Origin: Candidatus Midichloria mitochondrii IricVA
GTDB lineage: Bacteria > Pseudomonadota > Alphaproteobacteria > Rickettsiales > Midichloriaceae
Assembly: GCF_000219355.1 (NCBI RefSeq)
Contig: NC_015722.1
Span: forward strand, 210,001 to 242,000
Direction: 5' to 3'
DNA length: 32,000 bases
Part shown: one piece after another, positions 18,280-28,510 of the stretch
Layout: the number at the start of each line of letters is the position of its first letter
Numbering within the stretch: position 1 is the first letter of the stretch
Program-made: the position numbers and the translations under genes
The notes under the pieces: model-generated
Database searches by the model: none
What the model was told of the DNA's origin: nothing
What the model saw: only the letters and a program-made list of their open reading frames with translations

Positions 18280-19959
18280 TTATAAACCCTCTAGGTTAAT
18301 CTCATAGGAATGATACTTCCTTAAGCTGCTTCTATGGCCAACTGATACGATGGTGGTATTGGGCAAGAATTTTTTAATAAGATTAAAAGCTAGTTCTTCA
18401 TCTTTTTCAGTGAGAGCACTTGTGCTCTCATCCATTATGAGAATTTTAGGGCCAGCGATTATTGCACGTAATATTGAGATTTTTTGCTGTTCTCCAACAC
18501 TTAAGTTAGTGGCCCAAGGCTCTTCATCATTAAGTCTGTTTTCTAAATAAGCAATATTAAATTGTTTTAATAAATCTTTAACTAAATCTTCATCGATTTC
18601 TTCAAAGGGATAAGCTAGAATACCTTTTAGTGTTCCAAGAGGCATGTATATTTTCTGAGGAATAAAAAATAATTTAGGCTCTTCAGGAAGTTCTATTTTG
18701 CCATTAGCAAATGGCCATATTCCCTTGATTAGCTTAATTAAAGTGCTTTTTCCTGAGCCGTTTCTTCCGGTAATAAGATAAGATTGGCCTCTTTCAAAGG
18801 AGATAGTTAGATTATTTAGTAATATTTTGTTATTTGGTAACCTTAATTCAATATTTTTTAGGTGGATACCCCTATCACCTTGGTAACTAAGCCTAAGGTT
18901 GGAGTTAATAATTTTATTATTCCACATCTCGACATGCTGGTTAAATTCTACAAGACGACTGATAACTGCCTTGTAAGAAGCAATAACAGAGAAGCTAGAG
19001 ATTAGAAAAGAAAGAGCTAACTTAACCTGTATAAACGCTGAATGAATTTGCATTAGTCCACCCAGGTGCACTTCTTTAGCAAAAAATTTCGGTAGTGCAG
19101 CAGCGATTGGTAAAATAGTACTAATATTTATATACAAGCTATTCCAAGATTTTAAATTTCTGGTGACTGCTATGATTGCGTTAAAGTTCTTCACTACTTC
19201 TTCTATAGCGTTCCTGAAAACACTCTTTTCATATCTGTTGCCCTCATATAAGGCTATGCTTTCTGCACTTTCTCTAAGCCTCATAAGTGCAAAACGGAAA
19301 TTTGCTTCTTTCTTTTCTTGTAAATAATCTAGCACCGTTAATCTTTTACCTACAATATAGGTAATTAAAGTACCAACAATAGAGTAGATAACTGCAATCC
19401 ATACAAAATATCCATGAATATTAATTTCTAAACCAAAAAGCTGAAACTTAGTATCTCCAGAAAGCGCCCATAACATAAAAAGAAAACTCGCAAGCGTCAT
19501 AACACTACTCAACAACCCGAGAAATAATGTAATAGTTAAATTCACAAAAGAGTTGATATCCTCGCTTATTCTTTGATCAGGATTATCGTTCTGATTATGG
19601 AATAAATTAATACCAAAATAAGACTTATGCAGAAGCCATTTATTGATGTAAAGCTCGGTCATCCATTTTCGCCATAAAATTATTAACTTGCTTTGGAAGG
19701 TATATTGCAGGGCGACTACCGTAATAAACATTCCAACAAGTAAACAAAATTTTGTAATCGCATCATACAGAGCTTCTTTATCGAAATTTTGTAATGCAGT
19801 ATAAAAGTCATTATTCCAATAAGACAATATATATCGGCAGCAAACCAAGCCAAATTCAAAAATGATAGAAAGTATTAGAAGCAGAAATGCTTTTTTTCGG
19901 TGAGGTTTATCGAAAAATATACCTTTACCTAAATTCCAAGCATTTTTTATAACGGACAC
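18280..19959 (-). CDS. fused permease/ATPase ABC transporter of the YddA/SbmA-BacA-like (ABC_membrane_2) type
   Basis: 559-aa ORF. N-terminal half has about 6 TM segments. C-terminal half has Walker A GRNGSGKST, signature LSVGEQQ and Walker B ILIMDE. Confidence 0.88.
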   Translation of the reverse strand: MSVIKNAWNLGKGIFFDKPHRKKAFLLLILSIIFEFGLVCCRYILSYWNNDFYTALQNFDKEALYDAITKFCLLVGMFITVVALQYTFQSKLIILWRKWMTELYINKWLLHKSYFGINLFHNQNDNPDQRISEDINSFVNLTITLFLGLLSSVMTLASFLFMLWALSGDTKFQLFGLEINIHGYFVWIAVIYSIVGTLITYIVGKRLTVLDYLQEKKEANFRFALMRLRESAESIALYEGNRYEKSVFRNAIEEVVKNFNAIIAVTRNLKSWNSLYINISTILPIAAALPKFFAKEVHLGGLMQIHSAFIQVKLALSFLISSFSVIASYKAVISRLVEFNQHVEMWNNKIINSNLRLSYQGDRGIHLKNIELRLPNNKILLNNLTISFERGQSYLITGRNGSGKSTLIKLIKGIWPFANGKIELPEEPKLFFIPQKIYMPLGTLKGILAYPFEEIDEDLVKDLLKQFNIAYLENRLNDEEPWATNLSVGEQQKISILRAIIAGPKILIMDESTSALTEKDEELAFNLIKKFLPNTTIVSVGHRSSLRKYHSYEINLEGL

Positions 19960-20081
19960 AGCTCAATAAATAGTTAAAATCTTTACAAGGCGAAGATATA
20001 TTATATATACTTGAGAAATACAATTTTTTTATAGTACACTTAGATGGAAAATTTTTCTATGTAAGTTTCACCTAAGTAAGC

Positions 20082-20891
20082 TCAATTCTGACATTTACCA
20101 CAATAATAAGACGATCTACCGCCTATTCTAGTATTTTTTATAAGATTACTACAATTAGGACAGTGTTTCCGGTTGTAAACTAAAAATTTATGCTGAAATC
20201 TTCCTATTCGGCCGTCGCTTGATCTATAATCTCTTAAGGTTGAGCCTCCTAATTCGATAGCCTTGTTTAAAACTGCTACTATACTTGCAATTAGCTTTTC
20301 GCATTCCGCAACTGTTAAAGTATGTGAGGGCCTAAAGGGTAAGATATCAGCCATGTACAGCGCTTCGTTTGCGTAAATATTGCCTACGCCAACAATTAAT
20401 TTGCTATCCATTATTGTTTGCTTAATCAATTTTTTAGTTTTTATACATTGTTGCAAATAATGATTCGTAAATTCGTTGGAGAGGGGCTCAACGCCAAGAT
20501 TAGAAAAGATTTTGTTTTGTGCTAGATCATCCTGCTTGAGGATAGTATAAAACCCAAATCTCCTTGGATCATAAAAGGTCAAAAATTGTCTAGAAGCTAA
20601 CTCTATTATGCAATGATTATGCTTTTCTTGGCTCATTTTTGTGGTTAAAAGAAGACGCCCTGACATTCCAAGGTGGAATACTAAAACTTCGTTACCAGTC
20701 AGAAAAATTAATATGTATTTTGCGCGCCGTTCTATTTTCTCTATAACTTTATCCTTGGCCCGCTGTTTAAACTCTTCTGCTGCGATTACACGCATTTTCT
20801 TATCACTGCAATAAACAGCAGAAATTCTTTCTTTGATTATTTCATTTCTAAGGCTGCGGACAATTGTCTCAACTTCAGGCAATTCTGGCAT
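20082..20891 (-). CDS. mutM: formamidopyrimidine-DNA glycosylase
   Basis: MPELPEVETI N-terminus and the C-terminal zinc finger CPNC...GGRSSYYCGKCQ. Confidence 0.93.
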   Translation of the reverse strand: MPELPEVETIVRSLRNEIIKERISAVYCSDKKMRVIAAEEFKQRAKDKVIEKIERRAKYILIFLTGNEVLVFHLGMSGRLLLTTKMSQEKHNHCIIELASRQFLTFYDPRRFGFYTILKQDDLAQNKIFSNLGVEPLSNEFTNHYLQQCIKTKKLIKQTIMDSKLIVGVGNIYANEALYMADILPFRPSHTLTVAECEKLIASIVAVLNKAIELGGSTLRDYRSSDGRIGRFQHKFLVYNRKHCPNCSNLIKNTRIGGRSSYYCGKCQN

Positions 20892-20913
20892 GGGTTCACC
20901 GCATAAGCTTTAG

Positions 20914-21525
20914 CTACTCAGTATCCTGATTTTTGCTATAACGCAACTTCCAAATATAAAACACTACTAATAATACGGTAAAAGTAATTAAGCCAATATT
21001 AATTTGTTTTATATAACGGCTTATTAAGTGCTCGTTATCACCAATCAAATAACCGACGGTCACTATAATAGAAACCCAAAATGTCGCACCAAACGCACTA
21101 TATAGGGTGAATTTTTTTACATCCATTCTACCGAGACCAGCTGGAAAAGAAATAAAATGCTTAATTCCAGGCAACATCCTGCCGCTAAAAGCAGATATTG
21201 GTCCGTGTTTAGTGAAAAATGCTTCTATTTTTTTCAATTTTTGCTCGTTAATAAGGAAATATTTTCCATATTTTAATAATAATATGCGACCAAAGTGTAA
21301 TGCGATATAATAACTGAAGAGGGCACCGCTAAGTGTTCCTAGTACGCTCCAAAAAAGTATATATCCTAAATGAAAATGCCCTTTTGCAGCAAGATATCCT
21401 GCTGGGATTAAGGTGATCTCACTTGGTATTGGAATAAAGGTACCCTCTACAAAGGTCATAATAAAGATTCCAATATATCCTAAGGATTCTACAAATTCGG
21501 TAATGCGTAAAAATAACTCGTACAT
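20914..21525 (-). CDS. DedA/SNARE-associated family membrane protein
   Basis: 203-aa multi-TM ORF with the DedA-type motif F.E....PIPSE..L...G and the GRMLPGIKHFISFPAG segment. Confidence 0.85.
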   Translation of the reverse strand: MYELFLRITEFVESLGYIGIFIMTFVEGTFIPIPSEITLIPAGYLAAKGHFHLGYILFWSVLGTLSGALFSYYIALHFGRILLLKYGKYFLINEQKLKKIEAFFTKHGPISAFSGRMLPGIKHFISFPAGLGRMDVKKFTLYSAFGATFWVSIIVTVGYLIGDNEHLISRYIKQINIGLITFTVLLVVFYIWKLRYSKNQDTE

Positions 21526-21690
21526 TTTAAAACAGTAAAAAGGCGCCTTCAGTATTTACTTATTGTAGTAAAAACATTAAAGTCATTATCAAGGTAAAAA
21601 ATTTACAGGCTAGTTTTAACCTAAATTTCAAGTTAACAATAGCTTTTTTTACAGGCATTTGTAAGAAATTTTTTTTTATTTACTGCAATT

Positions 21691-22344
21691 ATGACAGATA
21701 TATTAGATTCAGTTATAGAAGACTTAAAACAGGAGAAAATCCATACAGCGATGAGGAGGTATGGTAGATTCCTTATTTTATTAATAGTTTTGCTTTTAAT
21801 ATGCGGACTTTTGTTCAATTGGTGGAAGTCTCATAAAGAAAATACATTGCATGCAGAAGCTGCTGAATATATTAAAGCTCATCATTTTTTAAATAAAGCA
21901 ACCAGCCAACAGATGCTACAAGAAGGAGTAGGCAGATTGGAAAAACTTTCGGAAGGGAACACTATATATGCAACAGTTGCAGCGTTAAATCTTGCTAATA
22001 TACATGACGCTATGGGTAACTTTAACAAAGCGGCTCATATATATGGAACTGTTGAAGAAAATAAAGATGTAGATCAATCCTTAAAAGCTTTCGCAGGGTC
22101 AATGAGAATTTCATCATATTTAAGGGCAGAAAAAATTACGGATGAAGAAGGTTTAAAGATGTTGCAAGAGCGTCATAGGGTGCCAATCTTTAACTATAGC
22201 AGGCAGCTACTTGAGGCTTCTCTTCTCATACAAGACAATAAAAAAGATAAAGCCAGAGCTTTATTGGATAATATAAGAGTTACCGCTTCTAAAGACCATC
22301 GGAATAGCATTCCAGCGCTACTTTCAACCCTTGTAATAGATTAA
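21691..22344 (+). CDS. single-pass membrane TPR-like protein, YfgM-like architecture
   Basis: Acidic N-terminus (VIEDLKQEK), one TM segment (FLILLIVLLLICGLLF), then NWWKSH and a helical-repeat C-terminal domain. The assignment is by architecture, not by a strong motif. Confidence 0.55.
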   Translation: MTDILDSVIEDLKQEKIHTAMRRYGRFLILLIVLLLICGLLFNWWKSHKENTLHAEAAEYIKAHHFLNKATSQQMLQEGVGRLEKLSEGNTIYATVAALNLANIHDAMGNFNKAAHIYGTVEENKDVDQSLKAFAGSMRISSYLRAEKITDEEGLKMLQERHRVPIFNYSRQLLEASLLIQDNKKDKARALLDNIRVTASKDHRNSIPALLSTLVID

Positions 22345-22354
22345 GGATAAAATT

Positions 22355-22761
22355 TTATAAGTGGTAAGTGATGGGAGCAGATTCGTGTGCATATACTTCC
22401 TCACAAAGAGTAAAATCAAACCTAGCATTAAGCTTATCTGCAACACCAAAATCGAAGAAGGGCTGTGGAGGAAGCGTTGTGAGAGCCCCAGTTATAACTT
22501 TGTCATTATCTTTGCGCACTCCTCGCCTGTGTGGGGGGGGTAACATAGGTATGGTTGTGATTAATCATATGTTTAGCAAATTAAGAGCCAAAGTATTATC
22601 ACTCTTAGATCGCTCATCAATTCCATAGTAGGGCTCATAGTTGGTGCACATATCTTGACTAAAATACTTAATTATTTCTTTGACAACCGAAATTAACTCC
22701 TGCATTTAAAGATATTACCTGTAATTTATCTAATTTTAAAGCTTACCTTGAACTGGGGTTA
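22355..22761 (-). mobile_element. probable divergent IS982-family relic (left end plus frameshifted transposase N-terminal part)
   Basis: The terminal sequence cttaccttgaactggggtta (22742-22761) matches the ends at 12373 and 27565. The ORF starting at 22707 (MQELISVVKEIIKYFSQ) loosely fits the family N-terminus (L.E.F..IDDFC). A shifted frame gives ...ILVL...LLPSLTTY, compared with ...ILVLFHL...LPKLISY in the 27-kb copy. Weak by-eye homology. Confidence 0.35.
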
Positions 22762-22924
22762 ATTATAATGAAATCGAAGTTCGTGATGCTCACAAAACAT
22801 AGTAAATTACAAGAAACACCTTAACGCAAACTTATAATACTCTAAAATCTACTGCGGAGCTAAATAACATATACCCAGTTTATCACTTCATCCCAAGTAA
22901 CAACCTTAACAAAAAAAGTAAAAG

Positions 22925-23628
22925 GAAAGATAAATGTCTACATATTTTGGATACTCACCCTGATAACAACAATGTAAATTTTGCGCTACGTAATGCTTTG
23001 AGAAGTGGCAGCCCATATTGGATAGAAATTGCATCACATGCATTTGTTGACTCTTGGTCACATCAAAATTTTACTGGAACTTATGATTGCTATAACGGGC
23101 CCCATGCCAGGATTTTTTAGATCAATGATTATAGACATAGGGCACGCCGATATGGCTGCAGACCCTGATTACGTTGGAGCATATTTGGAGAGATAATAGA
23201 CTTATAAATGAAACGCATTGATAACAATAAAAGGTTTCTAATAGCGGCCTTAAGTTTATTAGAGGAATATCTAGTATATTTCCAAGAAAATGGAGCCTGC
23301 TAAAAAGAAATTAATTAAAGAAACTAAAAAACAATTAAAATGGGCCTTTGGCCAGTCCACGAAATATCTACTCTGGAATTTCCTTATTGCTTACCCTGTA
23401 AGAATGAGAAGCTATATTCATCTCTCTGTTTTACACGATGAATTAGATATAGATATGCTAAATATTCTAAAAATGAATAGCTTAATGAGGCTTCGAAAAA
23501 GACTGGACTGACATATAAATGACGCGAGCAAAGATATTACAAAACATTTAATTGGTATCTATTTCAGGAAGCAGCAAAAAAACATCGCAAATTTATTTGG
23601 CCTTTAATTGAAAATCAGCTAAATTAAC
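22925..23628 (+). pseudogene. degraded gene for a His-motif (putative metal-binding) protein; family not identified
   Basis: Frame-hopping fragments: LHILDTHPDNNNVNFALRNALRSGSPYWIEIASHAFVDSWSHQNFTG..., IDIGHADMAADPDYVGAYLER*, NNKRFLIAALSLLEEY and ...FQEAAKKHRKFIWPLIENQLN*. No start codon, several stops. Confidence 0.4.
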
Positions 23629-23680
23629 AACCATGTATGAAGGTAGAAAGCTTAATTGTGAAGCAATTTAATATCGATAC

Positions 23681-25380
23681 TTGAAAAAGAAAACCCCATG
23701 GTTCGCAATCGCCATCTCTTTAGGCACTTTATCATTTTTTGAATTATATAAAATTGGTCCCTATATCCTATTTTTAATATCCTTAGTCTGCTTAATAACA
23801 ATTTGGGTTAGCCGAACTTATTATAGCATTTTTAAATATTATCTCGTTGATGCTTTTATTTTTTATTATGGGGCAAAGTCGCAAGTTGGTATAGAGAACC
23901 TCAACTTGATAACAGAGCTATAGAAGAAAAATTACATAATATATTAATCGAAACCAATATAGAAAGAATAGAAGATAAGAAAGGGGCAAGAAGGCTTTAT
24001 TTAAATAATATCAAAACACAGATGCAACAGACAAATTAAATAGAGTTAGAATAACAACCCCGGAGCAACGACAAAGATTTAGAGGGGTTTTGTTGGTGCA
24101 AGAATTAGTATTATTGTACACTGATGCCCCTCCTCTCCCCGCTTTTCCCGGAGCATTCGATATGTAACGCCTTTCTCCGCACCTCAAAAAAATTACAGCT
24201 ATTGGTTATGCTATGTCAAAACCTATTGTTATAGAGTATAATAAGCCTCCAACTTCCAATATTGAATCCTTAAGAAGAAAAATAGCCCGAAATTATAACC
24301 GGTTTAACATCAGAAAATTTGCTGCTTCCATTGCAATTTATTTTATAAACTATTTTTACTTACTGCTCTCTGGCTCTCCAATATCAGCAGAAAGAGCTTT
24401 CATCATGTCCACAATTTGTTCTACTCGGAATTATTTTAGACAAAGAAACTGATCCTATGAAATCATTAGGTACAGCTTTAATTTGTTTACTTATAATTAA
24501 ACTGAGAAACACTCCAAGTTCAAGCCTACAAATGCCCATTGCAGCTTGTTTAGGGTTAATTGCTGGTTTTTAATAAGCTCACATTATATCTACCAATAGC
24601 TAATACAAGGCATAAAGATGTGCCCTATAAGTGTTTAATGCACCTCATTTTAGTGTAACTTACGCAACCCTTACCGCTCTTAGAGCTGCAACCGCAATAT
24701 TTCATCGCATATCACTTCAAACAGTTCTCAGTGTATAGCACTCCTACCAACCTCATTTCCGTTCCTTTAAATAACTTACCTATTCTGCCACTTGGACTTA
24801 TCGCCCTAATCTCAATGCCCCTTGGCTTGGAAAATATCGCCTTAAAGCTAATGAACTATGGAACAGATTGGCTGATTTATACATCTCACCTCATCTCCAA
24901 TACGCCAAACGCTACCATGTATATGCCATTTTTCCTCCCCATATACTGGCCGGAACGGTAACAGGATTAGTTGCATCAGTCAAACAAAAGTACGTTATAT
25001 AGGAGGACTTTTAATCACGTTAGGTGTAGTACATCTCACTCAAGAAGAACCCCCTAAAATTCTTCTCTCTAATTCGGGCAAATTGTTTGCACTTTATGAG
25101 AAGGGCGACTTAATGGTTTCTTCAAGAGCTGACGAAAGATATCTACAAACAGTTTGGAAAGAAGCAGTGGGCGCAGAAAACATACTAAAATTAAATGAGG
25201 AAGGTATATGCAATAAAAACGCTTGCCAGTATTAATTTTTTACACAAAGTCTGTCAAAATGATGTAGATCTATTTATAAACATAATGGATAATAGCAACC
25301 TAAAATGTAATGATAGCTGCTATAATACATTGAAAGAAGAAATTTTTAAAAAAATGGCTCACATGCAATTTGGCAATTAG
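23681..25380 (+). pseudogene. comEC: DNA internalisation competence protein ComEC/Rec2, heavily degraded and shortened
   Basis: Fragments follow ComEC order: the N-terminal TM region (PWFAIAISLGTLSFF...), PPLPAFPGAFD, YLLLSGSPISAERAFIMSTI (competence-domain SG..S..RA.iM motif), SLQMPIAACLGLIAG, and NLISVPLNNLPILPLGLIALISMPLG. Many stops. About 1.7 kb remains of an expected length above 2 kb. Confidence 0.65.
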
Positions 25381-25438
25381 ATAACGGGGTTAAAATTAAA
25401 AGTGTTAACGGGGAAAAGATAATTTAAAGGTAGAACTT

Positions 25439-26482
25439 ATGGTCACACTTATAATTTCAGCATTTATTGGCCTAATTTGTTTAGCTCTATATTTCTCCTA
25501 CAGTACAATTGCTCCTTTTTTGGCCGCTGTATGCTTTGCCTATGCCCTTTCTCCATTTATGGAGTGGATGACTAAAACATTTAAAGTAAAAGATGGTTTT
25601 GCTAGTTTTCTTACTATTACACTTTGCATAGCATTTATAATTTTGATCTTATCAATACTCGGCCCTTTGATATATTATCAAATCTCTCATCTAATTTCTC
25701 AGCTAACCTCTAATCAACCTTCTTTGAACGCTAAATTTTTGTCTTTTCTAACCAAGCTCAATGCCCTTTCTCCGCAAATAAAAGAACCATTTCAGAGCCA
25801 GCTAAATAATATCGCTAGCCAATTAACTGATACCATTAAAGTTATTTTAAAGGGTATAGTACGTTCTGGATCCATAGCCGCTGATACCCTGTCTTTTATC
25901 ATTATCACTCCTTTTGTAACTTTTTATCTTTTAAAAGATAGTAGGGCCATCAAACAAATTGTTTATTCCGTTATTCCGATAAAATACCAAAAAGAAACCA
26001 AAGAATTATTAGGAAATATGCAAAACGTATTGATTGGGTTTTTTAGAGGCCAGATTGCTGTCTGCTCAATTTTAGCTATCTATTATTCTTTTGCTTTTTT
26101 CTTGATCAATCTAAATTATTGGCTAGGCCTTGGGGTGCTTTTCGGCACGTTGATTTTTATTCCATACCTTGGCTCATTAACCGCAACTATTTTATGTTTA
26201 TTAATTGCTATAAGCCAATTTGGATTTGATTATCATTTGGTGGGATTGATTATCTTATTATTACTTGGACAGTTATTAGAAGGTATGTTTTTGACTCCTA
26301 AATTTGTTGGAACCAACGTTGGTTTACACCCAGTGTGGATAATGTTCAGCCTCATCGTAGGCTGGAATTTAGCGGGCTTCTTTGGAGTTGTTATATCAGT
26401 ACCATGCGCAGCAACGTTAGGGGTTATTTTCAGATTCTGCTTGCGTAAATATAGAAATAGTAGATTTTATAATCTTAATTAA
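25439..26482 (+). CDS. AI-2E family transporter (PerM/YhhT-like permease)
   Basis: 347-aa ORF with about 8 TM segments. Has the characteristic IPYLG motif and the EG.FLTPK.VG motif (LLEGMFLTPKFVGTNVGLHPVWIMFSL). Confidence 0.88.
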   Translation: MVTLIISAFIGLICLALYFSYSTIAPFLAAVCFAYALSPFMEWMTKTFKVKDGFASFLTITLCIAFIILILSILGPLIYYQISHLISQLTSNQPSLNAKFLSFLTKLNALSPQIKEPFQSQLNNIASQLTDTIKVILKGIVRSGSIAADTLSFIIITPFVTFYLLKDSRAIKQIVYSVIPIKYQKETKELLGNMQNVLIGFFRGQIAVCSILAIYYSFAFFLINLNYWLGLGVLFGTLIFIPYLGSLTATILCLLIAISQFGFDYHLVGLIILLLLGQLLEGMFLTPKFVGTNVGLHPVWIMFSLIVGWNLAGFFGVVISVPCAATLGVIFRFCLRKYRNSRFYNLN

Positions 26483-26506
26483 TAAATAATAAAAAGAGGT
26501 TAACAA

Positions 26507-26772
26507 ATGGCACAGGTTGTAATTGATGGAGTTTCTAGCGAGATATTAAAACAACACATTGAAAGAATAGAAAGACTAGAACAAGAAAAGAATGATATTA
26601 TAACCCAAATAAAAGATATCTACGGAGAGGTAAAATCTGACGGCCTTGAACCTAAAATCATGAGGCAAGTTATATAAAAATTAGAAAGATGAAAAAAGAA
26701 GATATATATGAGCAAGAGACGCTCTTTGAAATCTATAAAAAGGCCTTGGGGATGGATAGTGACGTCTCTTAA
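26507..26772 (+). pseudogene. DUF2312/UPF0335 (GapR-like) small DNA-binding protein, interrupted by a frameshift at 26672-26677
   Basis: MAQVVIDGVSSEILKQHIERIERLEQEKNDIITQIKDIYGEVKSDGLEPKIMRQVI* then, in the next frame, KIRKMKKEDIYEQETLFEIYKKALGMDSDVS*. Both halves match the family consensus (L..fIERIERLEeEk ... K.lr.vi.iRK.d ... lY..ALGm). The break is in a (TA)3 repeat, gttatataaaaatt. Confidence 0.75.
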
Positions 26773-26956
26773 AACTTGGTTAATCCCTATAAAACTTAAA
26801 TATTCCAAATTCTTAAAGATAAAGCTGTATTAGGATACTTACGGCATTTTTCTTGCTGTGCTCTATTTAAGCAGAATTTAAAATCAAGGCGTTTAACCTT
26901 GAGTCCCCCCCCTATTAAACCAGGAGATAAAAAATGTTAATTCATTCCCTAAAAAA

Positions 26957-27565
26957 AACCTCAGTTCGACGTAAGGAGTAGGCCCGTGAGCCTATTTTTC
27001 CATGAGATATACCGGGTTGAAGACATAAGCCAAGAGCCCTGAGAAGAGGTCTGCCAAGAAATTGTTTGGCGAGCGATGCCTTTAAAGACCTTATTACGGC
27101 TAGTACGTAAGTTATGACAAACCTTCCAGCTTTGTTGAGTCAACGTATCTGTTTGTTTCCCTTTGTAGCAATTCAGCAGAATGACCAACGGGATGACCGC
27201 GTCTCGCATCAGCTCAACAAAGCGATTGTAGCTGATAAGCTTCGGCAATTCCTCTCTGAGAGAGATTTGAACACAGTTTAGGTAAAAATCTTTGAATCTG
27301 GTAATGCCCTCAAATGAAACAAAACGAGGATCGTTATAACTTCGGAAAGCATCATCCCAGACTCTCGTTCCCTTTGTCTCTGCGAGTTTCTTAAGGATCT
27401 TTGGTACGTGAGTTGTCGCTTGCAAAAATCATCAATCAAACAAAATATTTCTACTAGGGGAACCACTTTTCTTATTTATCGTGAAATTGAGAGAAACTTA
27501 ATGGTTACACAGCTTCTTTAAGACCATATCAGATAATTTCTTTAACTTACCTCAAACTGGGGTTA
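26957..27565 (-). mobile_element. IS982-family insertion sequence, internally deleted and frameshifted (about 609 bp, non-autonomous)
   Basis: GTG 27466 gives VPLVEIFCLIDDFCK, then frameshifted ...MLSEVITILVLFHL / FKDFYLNCV...LPKLISYNRFVELMRD...KVCHNLRTSRNKVFKG. This is fused to the family C-terminus HRSPNNFLADLFSGLLAYVFNP, so the DDE core is missing. The imperfect terminal inverted repeats AACCTCAGTTCGACGTAAG (26957 onward) and TAACCCCAGTTTGAGGTAAG (reverse complement from 27565) match at 16/20. Confidence 0.8.
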
Positions 27566-27728
27566 CTTATGATGAATTTCCACTCTATTCTATAATAGTG
27601 CCAGCTTGTAAAGAATCTGAGGTCGGTATTCTTTTTGCAATTCTTGCACCTATTACCTCTTGCTGTCCCTATACCACACCATTCTTCACCTGCTCGCTGG
27701 AGCCGCAATATTTACACTTGATTGTCAT
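27566..27728 (-). pseudogene. IS1-type (InsA-like) zinc-ribbon transposase N-terminal fragment, frameshifted and cut by the IS982-type element
   Basis: ATG 27728 gives MTIKCKYCGSSEQVKNGVV*. A shifted frame gives G.ARGNRCKNCKKNTDLRFF (the CxxC...KNG...RY.CK.C pattern). That frame runs straight into the IS982-type terminal repeat at 27565. Confidence 0.4.
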
Positions 27729-28043
27729 TTCCTACTCCATCCATTCTACTACGAAGATATCATACCCTCTTATTGCCGTCTATAATTTACCAGGCAATGC
27801 CAGAGGTATATGCAAGGAGTTACTTTAAGCGACGAGTTTTGAATCTTTCTTTAAGAAAAGCGCGGACACCGTCTTAGTATATAGCTAAGGCGAAATTTGT
27901 TCCCGTAAGAATATGCGGCGTCTTAAAAGTAAAGCATAGGTGGAAGACAGAATATGATAAAAAAAACATAACAAAATCTTTTTTAGACATAAACCACTGC
28001 CTGCGCTCTAGTTAGGGAGTTTTCAATTCTTTATTTATAGCTA

Positions 28044-28510
28044 AGTGGAAGTGATCACGCCATAGATTCAGGGTATCTTGGTTTTTAAGATAGCTACCCA
28101 TGTAGGCACTTTTAAAGGTACAGGTGAAGTTAATATACACAAACATTTATTGAAACCCCCACTCGAGGATGTCAAGCTATATATAGAAAAGACACTGTGG
28201 CTGATATGCTAAGTGATAGGATATTGCTATGATCAACAGCAAATTTCTAGGCTGCATATTTTAACTGGAGGGATACAAGGAAATATAGAACAGTATGGAT
28301 AAACCATACTATCATCAAAGCGTATTCTCCTCAAACAAATGGTATTTGTGAAAGACTGCATAAAACTGTGAAGAAAGGATTTTTTGATGTAGTTATGAGA
28401 AATATTCTTCCCTTGAATGCTATAAAAAGATCTGGATAAATGGGCTATAATTATGAGAGGCTACATTCTGGAAAGTATTGCTATGGTAAACTCCTATATA
28501 AACTAACTAG
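28044..28510 (+). pseudogene. IS481-type (rve integrase-core) transposase remnant, many stops and frameshifts
   Basis: Fragments: ILTGGIQGNIEQY (compare vLTDNG.Ef), YSPQTNGICERLHKTVKKGFF (the P.tNG..ER...T.K.E motif), and LDKW...NYERLHSGKYCYGK (Ld.w...YN..R.H..l.g.tP). Confidence 0.6.

Noticed and set aside
22533-22540. G8 homopolymer, plus a C8 run at 26905-26912. Both are conspicuous in an AT-rich genome and could be phase-variation tracts.
   Set aside because: Both lie in decayed DNA (inside the IS982-type relic, and in non-coding sequence 45 bp from an IS end). Neither has an intact ORF or an obvious promoter whose expression it could switch.
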